From Octopus vulgaris (lineage: Eukaryota), in assembly GCA_951406725.2 (NCBI GenBank), contig OX597815.1, forward strand, positions 174,034,001-174,098,000: a DNA stretch of 64,000 bases. Direction: 5' to 3'. Below, piece by piece: positions 13,820-27,670 of the stretch (position 1 is its first letter; every line of letters starts with the position of its first letter). The translations under genes were made by a program, and so were the position numbers. Under the pieces are notes generated by a model. It ran no database searches. It was given only the letters and a program-made list of their open reading frames with translations, and was not told the origin of the DNA.

Positions 13820-15062
13820 TAAGAAGTACTATAGATGCTGTCTTCCTAGTGAGGTACCTGGAGGAAAAGTATTAAGCTTAAAGTAAACCATTGTACTTGG
13901 CATTTGGTGCCTTGGAGAAAACTTTTGGCAGAGTTCCTCGCTCTATGATATGATGATCTCTGAGAAAGCTAGGGATGAACAGCTTGTGAAAACCATGTAA
14001 ACCATGTATAGGGGATCTGTCAGTAAGGTGAAAGTTAGCCATGAGTTCAGTGATGAATTTAGAGTGTAGACAGGAGTTCACCAGGGTTCAATTTTCAGTC
14101 TCTTCATATTCTTCATTATTCTCCAGGACATAACAGAGGAATTGAAGACTAGTTGTATCTGGAAACTACTATATGCTGATGATCTTGGTTCCAGAGTAGA
14201 ATCTGTAATAGAATTAGAAAAAAAAATTCAGGTGTGGAAGCAAGACCAGGAATCAAAAGGCTTTAGAATAAATTTAGCAAAGACCAAAGTCTAGTAAGCA
14301 GGAAAACAGACAGGACTCTACTTACTTCAGGTCAATGGCTCAACTCAAAATGTTGGAAAGGTGTGGGCAGGAATTCCATATGATGCACCCAGTGCAAGCT
14401 AAGACCACACAAGTGGTGCACTGGAATTACAGGAAAACTAATGAAGAAAATAGTCTTTGTATGTGAAAGATGTGCAGAAGCAACAAACTCTAAGGGCACA
14501 TGGGAAACTGATTTTCTTGAATGCACAGGAAGCTCCAAGGAGATAGTAAATAGTTTCTTTTACCTAGAAATCCTAATTAGCAGTGAGGGAGGATGTTCTG
14601 AAAGTATAGCTGATAGGATAAGAATAGGTTGGAAGAGGTTTAGAGAGCTATTACTTCTGTTGGCCATGATAGGTTTTGCTCTCTCTCTCCCTCTATCTGA
14701 GTGAGTGGTAGATTGCCTGTGTATGGACAGCAATGCTACATGGCAAGGAAATGTGAGCACTGAATGCAGAGGACATGTGAAGTGTAGAGAGAAATGAAAA
14801 TAGTATGCTCTTTTGGATGTGCAATATCGGTGTGCATGTACAACAAAGTGCTAAGGTACTGAGTGAAAAATTAGGCATAAAAGGTATCAGATGTAGTGAG
14901 CAAGAGAGATGACTGTACTGCTTTGGACATATGATGCATGTGGATGAGGACAGTTGCATGAAGAGATGCCAGTTGCTCAAAATGGGTGGAACTTCTGGAA
15001 AAGGGAAGCCCAGGAAAACACAAGAGAAAGTAATGAAGGTTGATCTCAGGATGTTGAACCTC
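13820..15062 (+). pseudogene. RTE-clade LINE RT remnant
   Basis: Decayed motifs LEKTFGRVP, GVHQGS, WKLLYADDL and RIRIGWKRFREL, with many stops. Confidence 0.8.
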
Positions 15063-15063
15063 A

Positions 15064-15670
15064 GCATCATCATCATCATTTAACGTTAACTTTCTATGCT
15101 GGCATAGGTTGGATGGTTTGACATGGATCCAGCTAGCATGGAACTGTCCAGACTCCAATTGTCTGTTGTGGCATGGTTTCTATGGCTAACCACTTAACAG
15201 AGTCTGCTGAGTGCCTTTTACATGTCACTGGCACAGTTGTGTTTATACAACATTGGCACAGGTGCATTCATGCAACACCAGCACAGGTGCTTTTCATGTG
15301 GCACTGACACTTGAAAGGGAAAGCCTGCATTTGTGAAAGATAGTGATTTTACTTAGCTTGACATGTCTTATCAAGTACAGCAAGTTGCCACATCTCCCAG
15401 TTCCTTGTCATTTCCTCAGTGATGGCTAGTATCTGAAGATCTTCCTGGGTCTACCCCTTCCACCGATACCTTCCACAATTAGAGATTGGCACTTCTTTAC
15501 ACAGCTGTTCCTCATCCATATGCATTACATGACCAAACCAACACTGTCTTCTCTCTTGCACACAACATCTGATGTCTCTTATACCCAGTTTTCCTCTTAA
15601 ATCATTTACACTCTGTTGCACATGTACATTGATATTACCCATCCAGGGAAGCATGCTAGTTTCATTTCTT
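15064..15670 (-). mobile_element. RTE 3' end (RT C-terminus plus 3' UTR with (GAT)n tail)
   Basis: ORF 15451-15654 reads DLRGKLGIRDIRCCVQERRQCWFGHVMHMD and is followed by the tail family. Confidence 0.75.
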
Positions 15671-15779
15671 CAAAGCCCATGTTTCACTGCCATGTACATA
15701 TACAGGTATCGTACAATCTGCTTTTCACTCATGGCGATGACAAAGGACTGAGATGTTTGATATTTTGCTATGCTCAAGA

Positions 15780-17420
15780 AGACCTGCCCACCACAGGAAA
15801 AATGATTCCTCAAAGCATTCTGTTTGTGCTTGTTACCATTCTGCCCCATCAAGTATTCCCTACATCACATTTCTCTGACACCCATCCCTCCATCATTCTT
15901 TTACCCATGACACTATTTGGCAGCTGTGATAACTTGTGGGCAGTATTGGCACATATTACTCTTCTTCCTTTTCTTTACACTACCAGTTATCTTCTCACCA
16001 AAACCACTTCCATTCCTTACTATTCCTTACTCAGCAACACTATTTTCTCCAATGACCTCCTTTCTGTGCCTTCAGTTACCTCTCTCCTCAATCATTCTCT
16101 GTTTCAACACCTCACATATCTACTACCTTTCTCTGCACCCTCTCATATCTACCATCACATCTGCTCCCTATACACATCTTTATGTATCCTACATCTCCTT
16201 TCTCAAAACATCTATGTCTTACATATCATCCCCCTACTTTCTGATCTTTCCTTCTTGAGCCACTTCTATCTCTTCCTTCTTTACATTTCTCCATACTGAT
16301 ATTTCCCATCAATTGCACCTTTACCCTTGTTCACCACTCACTACATTCACCTCTACCCTCGTCTTCAATCAACTGTTAATCACCCTTGAAATTCTTATGA
16401 AAGTATCCACTCTCCCTACCCTCCCATGACTCACTGTATCCTTTCTCAAACCCACCTTGTACATTGAGAGTTTGCTTTGGCACTCTTTCACTACCTTCTT
16501 TTATGTCCTTCTCAACAACACCCCACTTTATATAATGTGGAGTAGACATGTATCTCTTCTATTAGCAAGACATCGCTTCTCCTATCATACTTTAGTCTTT
16601 CAACACCTGACATAAAGCCACTTTCTCCACTCTAAATCCCCCATCACCATCAATTAGTTGTGGGAGTTTTTTTTCTTTTCCTTCTTCCTTGTTCTTTTCC
16701 TATCTTGCAACTTAGTAACTTCACTAGTGTTAGTGGCATGTTAAAAAGCACACTGTACACCTTGTAGTTTAGTTTCTATGGTCTAACCAAGCTTTAGAAA
16801 CCATGTCAAAGCTGACACTTGAACTTGGCACAAACTTGCAGCTTACCAGATCCTGCTGAACCATCCAACCCATGCCAGCATGGAAAGCAGATCACCCTTA
16901 TCAGCTAAACTGTGCTTTCCACCTATGTTCCAGTGACTTGTCCCGCCTATGTTCCAGTGACTTGTCCATGTACAAGGCCTATCTCTTCTGCTCCATTTCA
17001 CTAGTTCCTGCAGACTACCTAACCATGTCACCCTCTTTCTTATCCTTTCTCATCAACAACTGTATAATCTTTGCTACTCCTGTTGCTTGACTTCTCTCAC
17101 TTTCTTTGACATCCCTCCATCTTCCCCAATTCATAGTGCCTTGCTCATCCACCCTTCTACCCAACCCATTTTGGTAGTATACCTTATTCCTCCCCATTTC
17201 CTCATTCTCTGTTCCACACAATCTTGCAAACCAATTCTTCAACACACTATGTCCCTTTTGGGGTCACCCAGGAACCTTATCACTATTATTCATCTCTTAC
17301 AACTCCTACTATTCATTTTCTCTTTCTCTCCCCTACAAGATGTGAACAGCTATACAGGCCCCCTAAAAGAACTTATAATGCTGCCCCCACTTCTCATAGT
17401 TCAATCCTCTCATCTAGCAT
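15780..17420 (-). pseudogene. Highly degenerate LINE endonuclease/linker remnant with a nested tail fragment
   Basis: Purine-rich minus strand and an APE-like LMVMGDL motif near 16630-16655. Confidence 0.35.
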
Positions 17421-18862
17421 AAAACTGCCCTTTCTCCAGGGTTTGCAGTTTTGAAACTGCACAGTGACCTCATTAGTACAGATTTAATAAAAAAGCACCG
17501 CAGTCCATGCTGTAAAATGGTTGAAATTAAGAAGAGCATCCAGCTGTAGAAACCATGCCAAGACAGATACTGAAGTACAATGCAGTCCTTGGGTCTGTTG
17601 GTTCCTATCAATCCATCAAACCTATGAAACATGGAACATGAACATTAAATGATAGTGATGATGATGATGATGATGATGTGTGTGTGTGTGTGCATGCGTA
17701 TGCACGTGTGTGTGTATCATACATTTTCTCCTTGTAATACTTGATACTGTTTCAGTTCATAAGATCTGAGATGTGAAAATCATTTGTTTATTGAGCAGTA
17801 ACAAACTACTATATTTTAAAGAAAAAGTTAACAAAACAAGAGAAGTGATATAATTTTAATGAAACATCAAAACTAGGTTGTGCTTTATAGCTCTGAACCT
17901 GATTTGAAAATTATTAGAACTGCAGTTTTGTTAAAAGTGAAACTGTGTAGTAAGTAGTATAAAGATGAAAACAAAGAAAATTTTGAAAATCATATAAAAA
18001 AATAGCCTGTGACATTAGATTTTTTCAAGCTATTTTTCTACATTTTATTTTCTAAATTATTCATATCATTTGATGTCAACTTTAGAAGGTCAAATCAACA
18101 ACTCTATTAGTTTTTCTGTATGGGTCTACAACTTCTCTAGATATTTAACTGATGAGAATTGTTATTACTTGCTCTCATTTTATTCTTGTTATTGGTATTT
18201 GTTTCATTAGTTTTTCTATGCTTTGGACATGGTAGTTTAAACTATCAGATCAGAAATTATATTAATGGGGGAACTTAACTTTATTTTTTATTCATTTATC
18301 TATTTCATATTGACGCTCTCAACATGAAAGTAAAAATTGTTTTAGGAAAAATTTATTTCATTATTTTCTTTCTATTGTAACGCATTACAATTTCAGAGAT
18401 TTTGCATATTAATGTAAAGCTTTCTGAACAAAATAATGCAGAATATAATAAAAGAGTTCTTTGGGAAATATTCAGACATAAATAATGATTTAAAAAAAAA
18501 TATCAGTCTTTACAAAATGTGATTAATGTTTTGAATTTAAATTTTCTTTTGTTCATTGATGCAAAAAAATTACCTTATTGACTGAAATATTTCAAATAGG
18601 TCTGCACAATATATCATACTTATAACAATATGGTGGAAGTAATCTTCAGTAAATATGTAAGGAATACTAATTATTAATGCTTGTATTGAGCATATTTAAC
18701 CCTTCTTGTAACATTATGTTGGCTAGAAAACATTTCTGTTTGATATACATAATACATTGTTCAATCATCTGAATTTTGGGAACCTTTAAAAAAATACACT
18801 GTTTTACAAGTATTTGTGCCAGGTGTCCAATGTCATGATACTTCCTCTCTTTCTCCCATTAG

Positions 18863-18907
18863 TCTCAGAGACCCTGCAAGGGATCATGGATGCTGCCCAT
18901 CTCTGAA
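18863..18907 (+). CDS. Candidate 45-nt exon (SQRPCKGSWMLPISE in phase 0)
   Basis: Acceptor ctctctttctcccattag and donor AA/gtaagt, GC-richer than its flanks. Confidence 0.35.
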
Positions 18908-20144
18908 GTAAGTAATGAATAAATAAAAAAACAACATAAAACATAAACATATATTCTTTTAAAATTTAATGATGTATACTGAAGCAGAATATTCCTGCAA
19001 ACTCAAACTATCCAACCTATGTACATTACTGATTTATAATTGTACTTGCATTTAAATAAATGTTAGCAGTTATTTAAGTATGTAGTCTTTTACTTGTTTC
19101 TTGAGGTCCTAAAACCAAGGTGTCATATAAAAGACATCAATGTAGGTGCTGGTGCTGTGTAAAAAGCCCTGGTAATGGTGTTACATAAAAAGCACCCAGT
19201 ACATTCTGTGGAGTGGTTGATGTTAGAAAAGGCATCGAGCTGTAGAAATCAAGCCAAAACAGACTATGGAACCTGGTGTGGCCTCTGGCCTCACCAATTC
19301 CTGTCAAGCCATCTAATCCATACCAACTGAGTTCTAGAAGTGCTATGTATTGTGCTTTCCACCTATGTTCCAGTGACTTGTCCCGCCTCCCATGTACAAG
19401 GCCTATCTCTTCTGCTCCATTTCACTAGTTCCTGCAGACTACCTCACCATGTCACCCTCTTTCTTATCCTCTCTCATCAACAACTGTATAATCTTTGCTA
19501 CTCCTGTTGCTTGACTTCTCTCACTCTCTTTGACATCCCTCCATATCAACTGCAGCATTTATTTACTCATTGTTGGCAGCAGTGACTCATCATTGGCATC
19601 AGTGACAGTGGTGGTACAGTCATCATCGTCATCATCATCACCATCATCATTATCATTGTCATCATCATTGTCATCAACATTTTATATCTGCTTTTCCATC
19701 TCAGCCTTGGTTAGATGAGTCGTCATGGTCCTGTCAGTTCTTATTTGGCGCTGTTGCCCTACCATATACACTGCAACATCTTCCTCGTGCATTCCATTGT
19801 TGACATGATTTCTATAGCTGCATACTCAACTTACTTCCAATCACTTTACTGACTTATAGAGTATACATTTAACATGGCACCAATACTGAAAAGGTTTTTC
19901 AGTCACCAGCAAGTCTAAAGAGTCCTCTTTATCCTATGTTGCCTCTGATAATTTGCCTATCACTTTATAGAACATACAAGGTACATTTTATTTTGGTTCT
20001 GACACTAGCCAATTGATTTGTCCCTGTTAAAGAAGGACTTTAACATTCAATTTGACAGAGTAATAGAAGCTAGACGACCTGATTTAATAATAGTAGATAA
20101 AGAGAATAGAAATTGCCAGATAATTGACTTTACAGTCTCAAATG

Positions 20145-20439
20145 ATGAAAAAAATTAATATGAGAGGTATAGAAAAAATAGCAAAGTAGCAGGACCTAGC
20201 CATTGAATTACAGAGACTATGGAAAGTATGGGTAAAATGTATCCCAGTAGTTATAGGTGCATTAGGAATTATCCCCAAAGATAGAGGAAATAGTATAAAA
20301 CCCAGTTTAGTACAGCTCCAGAAAGCAGTGTTATTTGGGACAGCTAGGATACTTAGGAGGGTTCTTGGCATCTAAGGTTACCTGCTGTAGCCCAATGTTA
20401 GGAATTTTTCTTTTCCAACAGTCTAATCTGATGTGTGTG

Positions 20440-20483
<44 letters not shown>
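20145..20483 (+). mobile_element. R4/Dong-clade non-LTR retrotransposon 3' end with (TAA)n tail
   Basis: Translation EKIAK*QDLAIELQRLWKVWVKCIPVVIGALG...LQKAV..GTARILRRVLGI* resembles the RLE C-terminus and is followed by (TAA)n. Confidence 0.75.
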
Positions 20484-20485
<2 letters not shown>

Positions 20486-21109
20486 TATCTTGAAGTCTAT
20501 TTTAATTTAAGAAGATTGTAACTATAAGTCTTTATGTTCCTTTCAAGTACTCAGAATTTTTCCTTTACATAGTTTAAACTTCAAATTCAAACGCCATGTG
20601 TATTATCAAAATCGTTCATAAAAGCATAAATATTGTAACTTGTCTATTCTACTCAACTACAAATAAATCTAACAACTTCATGCTCGTGTATGAAATCCTT
20701 TCCTCTTTGTGTTGTTAGACAAACAGGAAATATATCCAATTTCAAAAATAATTATCACAACAAAATCCAAATGGTACCTGGCACTTACGAGCTTAGATTT
20801 CATCTACATCAGCTCTTATCAAAAGATCTCATTTCTGCTCGTGATATAAAGAAGAAAATAATGATTAGGTCTGATGATATATTCTAACTCTGAGTGGTAC
20901 AATAAAACTAGAATTTTGACAGATTCATGCATCTAGAATATTAAAATTCACAGACATTTGTGAATATATGTAACTTGGAATTTCATCTTATATTTCTTGC
21001 ATGTTCACATACACAAATATATACAGAAGTACAACTATATATATGCTGCTTCAATATACATTCATACATATAGACATACATATGCATATGCATGTACATA
21101 GACACACAC

Positions 21110-21142
<33 letters not shown>

Positions 21143-21242
21143 TGTATGTATATACATATGTATATATATATCTATATATATATATACACACACACACATA
21201 TACATATACATATACATATATATACACACACACATATATCTT

Positions 21243-21283
<41 letters not shown>

Positions 21284-21942
21284 CATATATATACATATAT
21301 ATACATATACACACACATGCATATATACACACACACCCTTCATTTGGTTTATGCCAGTATTAACATACTAGCTTGGATAAGAGGAATAATATTTTTGAGG
21401 TATTGCTTTATAGCTGGATACCCTTCCTATCACTAATCTTTACCTGTTTTTCAAATAATGAAATTTTTCTCACTTGTCTTAAAAAGGTGCAACACTGGAA
21501 GATGATTTTGTTAACAAGTAATGTCAAAAATGTCATCATCTTCAGCTCAATATTTTTGTGCAAAGTGCAAGTTAGAAATATTCACACACACACACACACA
21601 CACACACATGTATATACGTACATATAATATATGTGTGTGTGTGTTTATCAAACTTTTACAAGTAAAAAGTTGACAGTGACTTCGAAGTTTCATCAGAAAG
21701 ACAGTTTGCTGCAGGTTAGCAAATTCCATCCCACCTGTAGAAGCAGAGAAAAGTGGATGTTAAAATAATGGTGATGTTGATGTTATATGATGAGCTTCTA
21801 AACAGCTTCCACCTACCAATTCCACTCACAATGCATTGCTGGTCCAAGGCTGCATAAGAAGATACTTGCCCAAGATGTCACACAATAATACAGCCCATAT
21901 GATAACAAAGCAAACTTTGTATCTACAAAGCTATACCTGTGC

Positions 21943-22001
<59 letters not shown>

Positions 22002-22025
22002 CTCCTGATGAACTAAACTTATGAC

Positions 22026-22265
22026 AGATATATATTTACAGGAACTTAATTATATGGCTGGTCATAGAGTGACCAATAGTTTTGCATCTATAAAGTGCTT
22101 AGTTTTATGGACAACTCGTCAGACTCTAATGGCCATGAACATTTAACCCTTGTATGCCCGTGGCCATTGGAACCTGACAAGTCATCTATACCACTAAGCA
22201 CATTATGGATGGCAAACCATTGGTCACTCTATGATCAGACATATAATTAACTTCTTGTAAATACA
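22026..22265. mobile_element. Old MITE-like inverted repeat
   Basis: About 70-bp imperfect inverted arms (catagagtgaccaat / attggtcactctatg). Confidence 0.5.
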
Positions 22266-22271
22266 TTACTG

Positions 22272-22530
22272 GTGAGGCGCGTGGCTTTGTGGTTAGGGTG
22301 TCAGCATCATGATGGTAAGATTGTGGCTTCGATTCCTGGACCGGGCGACGTGTTGTGTTCTTGAGCAAAACACTTCATTTTATGTTGCTCCAGTACGTTC
22401 AGCTGGAAAAAATGAGTAATGCTGCAATGGACTGGTGTCCCGTCCAGCTGAGGAACACGTACGCCATAGAAACTGGGAAACCAGGCCCATGAGCCTGGCT
22501 AGGCTTTAAAAAGGGTGCATTTATTTTTTA
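22272..22530 (+). mobile_element. tRNA-derived SINE
   Basis: A-box and B-box-like head (tggctttgtggtt; ttcgattcc) and TSD aaatacatta(c/t)tg. A sister copy lies at ~63162-63410. Confidence 0.75.
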
Positions 22531-23428
22531 AATACATTATTGCTCTAATGTTTAGAGTGTGCTTCATTTTTAGACATATGATCCACTGATGATATACACA
22601 CACACATATATGCTGTCCTGATTGCCAAATATATATTTCTAAAAATTCTACTGTTTTCTCAAATTAGGGAATCTGGTGCCCATCAAGTTCATCAAAGCAG
22701 ATATTATGGAAATAGAAGGAATAAGCAAAGATTAAAGGCACAGATTTAATGCTGAGGGATTGTAGTTTAATTAAATTAATGACTTGATTATGGTATAATT
22801 ATCATTAAGATCATCATATCACTGAAGATACCAAGGGCAGATGGCTAAATGAAGAAGGATACAAACAAGTAAGAAAGTTAGCATTTCCTATTTAGTTACC
22901 AACATTTGGTGCTCTCTAAGCCACTGGTCACAAACTATATAGTTTGCAATCATAGCTCTTAAAAATCAAAATCATTCAGCTTTTAATTGTCAACATGAGT
23001 GATATTTTGCTGATATGTAGACAGGAAAAGCTATATGTGGTAGACCTATATCCAATCCAGAGGAGATTTATTTTTCATTTGTATAATGCTATGAAAAATA
23101 TTGATAAACCTCAGTCAGCCCTATGAATTTCTGAGAATCACAAAAGAACTATCAGTGAATAAATAATTTCTCTTGACTCCAGAGAAATAATTTGTTCTCT
23201 TCTACTAGGTTTCTTTTATTCTTTTATTCTTTTACTTGTTTCAGTCATTTGACTGTGGCCATGCTGGAGTACCACCCTTTAGCTGAACAAATTGATCTTA
23301 GGGCTTATTCTTTGTAAGCCTAGTACTTATTCTATCAGTCTCTTTTTCCGAACCACTAAGTTACAGGGACATAAACACACCAGCATCAGTTGTCAAGCGA
23401 TGGTGGGAGGACAAACACAGACACACAG

Positions 23429-23506
<78 letters not shown>

Positions 23507-23512
<6 letters not shown>

Positions 23513-23638
23513 TATATAGAAGGAGCTTCTACAGGACTAGAACTGTTTCATTCAAGAGAAATCTTCAGGAAGCTTCCTGAAGATTTCTCTTGAATGAAAC
23601 AGTTCTAGTCCTGTAGAAGCTCCTTCTATATAATAAAT
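23507..23638. repeat. Perfect 132-bp palindrome carrying an HHR-like motif (PLE-type inverted pLTR), tail to ~23708
   Basis: Centre at 23572/23573 (ggaag|cttcc). CTGAAGA at 23577-83, GAAAC at 23596-600, GTC at 23608-10. Confidence 0.8.
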
Positions 23639-23758
23639 TAATTTTACTCTGCTATGTATTGAGTACCTTATTTACTGTGGTTAACCCCGAATCAACCCGG
23701 GACCTACATATATATATATATATATACACATATATACGATAGGCTTCTTTCAGTTTCT

Positions 23759-23989
23759 TATTTCTTTATTGCCCACAAGGGGCTAAACATAGAGGGGACA
23801 AACAAGGACAGACAAATGGCTTAAGTCGATTAGATAGACCCCAGTGCGTAACTGGTGCTTAATTTATCAACCCTGAAAGGATGAAAGGCAAAGTCAACCT
23901 CAGTGGAATTTGAACTCAGAACGTAATGGTAGACGAATACCGCTAACCATTTTGCCTGGCATGCTAATGTTTCTACCAGCTCACCGCCT
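23759..23989 (-). mobile_element. tRNA-derived SINE with Meta-domain-like core
   Basis: Central gcctttcatcctttcagggttgataaattaagcacc block and TSD tttcagtttct (23748-58 / 23990-24000). Confidence 0.75.
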
Positions 23990-24839
23990 TTTCAGTTTCT
24001 GTCTACCAAATCTTCTCACAAAGCTTTGATTGGCCTGAGGCTATAGTAGAAGACACTTGCTCAAGGTGCCATGCTGTGGGACTGAACTTGGAACCATGTG
24101 GTTGGGAAGCAAGTTTCTTATCACACAGCCACTCCTGTTCATAAAATTTTATTTTCCAATGAGGTACATATGCTGGAAAATATTTATTAAAATTATAATT
24201 TTCTGAATGTTATCCTCATCTTTAAAGTATATGTTTACAATAGAATTGCTGAATATATATGATATAACAATGAAAATATATTACAATGGAATTTTTATAA
24301 TTGAGTGCCAGTGGAAATCCTGACAAATCAAAGAAACATTATTTATAATGCTTTCTAATAGTTTCATCTATAAGTTCAATACAGACTGGTTCAATATGTA
24401 TATTACCGCTGAATACTATTTATGATGTATCTGTGTTATGCTTCAATCAGTTCTATCAGACAGTCATCATTAGGTGTCTTAGTCCCAAACTGGATTTGAA
24501 CTTGGAATTTTTATTTATAATTAATCTGCTAAGCCACTGGTATATGTTCAGCTATTGATACAATATGAGGTTACTTATATTTATCCTTCAGTAAAGAAAA
24601 CCATATTGAAATTATAGTAATACAGGACATACTAATTTCTTCGAGCTTTCTGAGTTTCTGTTTTGATTCTCTATCTGCTAAAGAAATTTCATTCCATCAA
24701 GATATGTTGTTTTTTTTTCTTTACTTATGTACCTTTAACCATTCCTCATTTAAAGTGTTCTGGTATTTTTCTATTTTAACCATCAGAGACTGTCTAGTTT
24801 CTTCTTTATAAGACCTTCTGCATTGGATAGGAAATTATA

Positions 24840-25690
24840 GCTACTATTCTTATGTTCAAAAATAGCTTTGGTTGAAGACAGAATCTGTACAGTAGGGTAT
24901 TAGTTTGAACACAGTTCTTATCTATGTATTTGTTGCAGATTCTCTGAATTTTCTCAGACACTAATAAGAAGATAGAGCTATAGTAGATTTTAGTATAATC
25001 ATTACTTTGTACTTGAAAGTGACTGTGGACTTCAAGCAAGACTCATTATTTGTCTTTCAGAAATATAGCTTTACGTGATTCGTTTCTTCTATTTAAGCTA
25101 ATACACTGATGGAGGTCGTTTTTACCTGATATTTGAGACAGTTAGCAATTCCTACCTTAAGATTGTCTGATTGGTTAAACTCATAAGGTGACAAGAGTCA
25201 AGTAGCTATTGGCTCTTTGTACATTTTTATTCTGATACTTGTCATTTGCACTAGTACATAAAATAATGGTAGTTTGTTATTGCTTTCCCTCTCCTGGACT
25301 GAAGTATTTAGTAAGTGTATATAATCTACAAGAACTTGGACATCTTTGTGTTGTCTGAGAACAAAGATGTTATCCATGCATTCTAACAAAACTGTAGCTT
25401 TCTGTCTTAAACTTTCAAGAGCTAAGTCTTTAAAATATTGTGTACAGATGAAAGCCATTATTGTGATAATGGTGAATCCATGAGTATTGTTTATATATTT
25501 CTTTTTCAATTTGGAATGTAGCCATTCTTAAAAACAATGTTAGTATCTCCATGATATTATCAGTTGGTATTTTTGAGTGTTCTGGAGACTTCAATCTTTC
25601 TCCGATCTGAATTTGACAACTAATAGTACTTAATCTGTTGGAATCATAGTAAATCATTTCACCAAGCTTTGCAATTCATAATTGGCACGC
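24840..25690 (-). pseudogene. Penelope-like element reverse transcriptase remnant
   Basis: Fragments IPTDNIMEILTLFL..ATFQIEKEIYKQ, YFKDLALES...VLLECMDNIFVL (decayed RYVDDIF), ESNNKLPLFYVLV and VSEKIQRIC appear in PLE RT order. Confidence 0.65.
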
Positions 25691-26243
25691 CCCTAATTAG
25701 TTGTATAAAATGAACTGAATTTTCTTGGTAATTTGTCTATTAGCACTGTATACACTTTCTTGTGAATGTTTTCTATGTATGTACATGTGTATGCAAACTA
25801 ATATGACATTATTTTTATGTTTATGCAAATCTGTACATATATACATATGTGTAAGTGTGTGCAAATCTGTACATATATGTCTATGTGTAGATAGTGTTCA
25901 TATATCAACTCACATTTTTTCAAATTAGTAAATCTCCGATTACTCCAAATTATAAGCTTTTAAGTATGCCGTGCATTCTGTATTTTTTCTGAAACACATT
26001 ACTTATACTGAATGTTCTTAAAGTTATCCATAAAATGAGTTTTTTCCTCATTTATCTTTCTAATTGAAAGCATATTTATTTTCTGTTTGCTTGAAATATA
26101 TCTGATTCTGAGGGCTAATTATCATTGTTTTATTTGGAAAAGAAATGTTTCTACTGTCACTTTAGCACATATACATACATGTATACATAGATACATAAAT
26201 AGCTTAACAGATGCCCACTTACATATACATACATGTAACACAT

Positions 26244-26790
26244 ATACAGGATGTGCCAAGAATTCATAAACAAACTTTAGTAAGCCTTAAATAGAAGATG
26301 ATCTAATGCAATATTACAAGGTTTGTGCCAAATTTTAACTCACTCATTTTTTTTTTTTTTTCAGATATATTGATAGCATCAGTATAACAGATTCCAATAT
26401 AACACAGAAAAGGAAAAAGCAGACCATACTCCTGGCTCTAGTCACCAAACACAGCAACTGAGGGATTTACAGCTTCTTGAATGTAGCCTGATCCTTCATA
26501 TTCAACATCGGGGAAGTGCTGGAGGCTTCAAGCAAGAATGTGGCTTCTGTGATCAAGAGAAAGAAGTGTTCTCAATGGCCAGGCATTGTCAAAATGACCA
26601 AGTTCCTCCAACAGGTCTAGCACAGACAATCTCTGTTGGTCAATGAGAGCTATCACCAAACAACCCAAGGTAGTGGAGCCTACTATCAGATATGTGGTGC
26701 ATGAGGACATCAAGTACAAGTCGTAATGGCAGTTTATGTCCAGCAAGACCAGAAATGGTTGTGTGATTACATGACCTGCAATATCATGTT
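26244..26790 (+). mobile_element. Degenerate Tc1/mariner-superfamily fragment
   Basis: TA-cagg terminus and a layout loosely similar to 28723-29570. No clear catalytic motif. Confidence 0.3.
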
Positions 26791-27309
26791 GCCTCTTAGC
26801 ATTTTTATTTTTTTGGACAGTTTTTGGTCAGTAACATTGCTGAAGACAGGATTAGCCTGCTACACTATAGTACCAAGGGCTTGGTAGGAGCTATAGTCAT
26901 GACTATAGAGAGGAGCATAAGTGAGGACCATCTAATCTTGACATATAGTCACTGCTGTGCCCACACTTGAGCTGTTATTATCGTTGGTAGTGGTTTTATT
27001 AAATGTCCTATTTCATTGCTGCATCTACTTGAACATGTTTGTTGTTTCTCCTTTTTTGCCTTCTTGTTTTCCCTTGTGTTTGTTCTGTTCCCAAATATAT
27101 ATACATACATATACATACATATATTTTTAGACACACACACACATACCTTTTTTCCTATACACCTCACCTTACATGCACATATATATGTGTGTGTGTGCAT
27201 GCATGCATGTGTGCATGTGTGTGTGTGTTATTTAAATAAGCAAAAGAGAATTCATTATTACAATCATTTCATTGTGACATCCATTTGAATTCTTTTTACC
27301 TCATTTAAA

Positions 27310-27670
27310 TTAAAATAATTATGAAATTGTTGTAAACAGTACTCAGGTGCATTACAAAAAAACAAAAAAAGGGGCATCAGGTGTACTGTTGGCGAATTTC
27401 AGGAAGCATGGAAGTTTTGAAGGATGCAGTGCCTCGACAGTTAAGAACTGATGCAGAGAGTTTATCCCATGCTTCATCGATTTTGAATGTGAAAAACTGT
27501 TTCCAAAAGTCATGGGTGCTGTGTTGCTTTTTGATTTTGTAAGCATTTCCGTGAGTATTTGACATATGGAATTCAAAGAGGTGCCCATGGACGTTGTTAG
27601 GAAGATGATGGATAATCTTGTGGGTGTATACCAAGTCAATTGCCAGACATCTGAGCTTTAATGTGTCCAA
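27310..27670 (-). mobile_element. CR1-group LINE 3' end
   Basis: ORF 27377-27670 is homologous to 35931-36443. Confidence 0.75.

Larger units (their letters stand above)
23215..24138 (-). mobile_element. CORE-type tRNA SINE with two nested insertions
   Basis: Homologous to 39551-39945. Interrupted by the HHR palindrome (23507) and by a second SINE (23759). Confidence 0.75.

Noticed and set aside
15616-16299. Longest ORF (227 aa)
   Set aside because: It is the antisense reading of a purine-rich LINE remnant. The L/S/H/P bias comes from base composition and no domain is recognisable.
21001-21436. Stacked ORFs rich in YI/HT/CV repeats (also at ~29500, 31100, 40500, 54700)
   Set aside because: These are translations of dinucleotide microsatellites, which lack stop codons.
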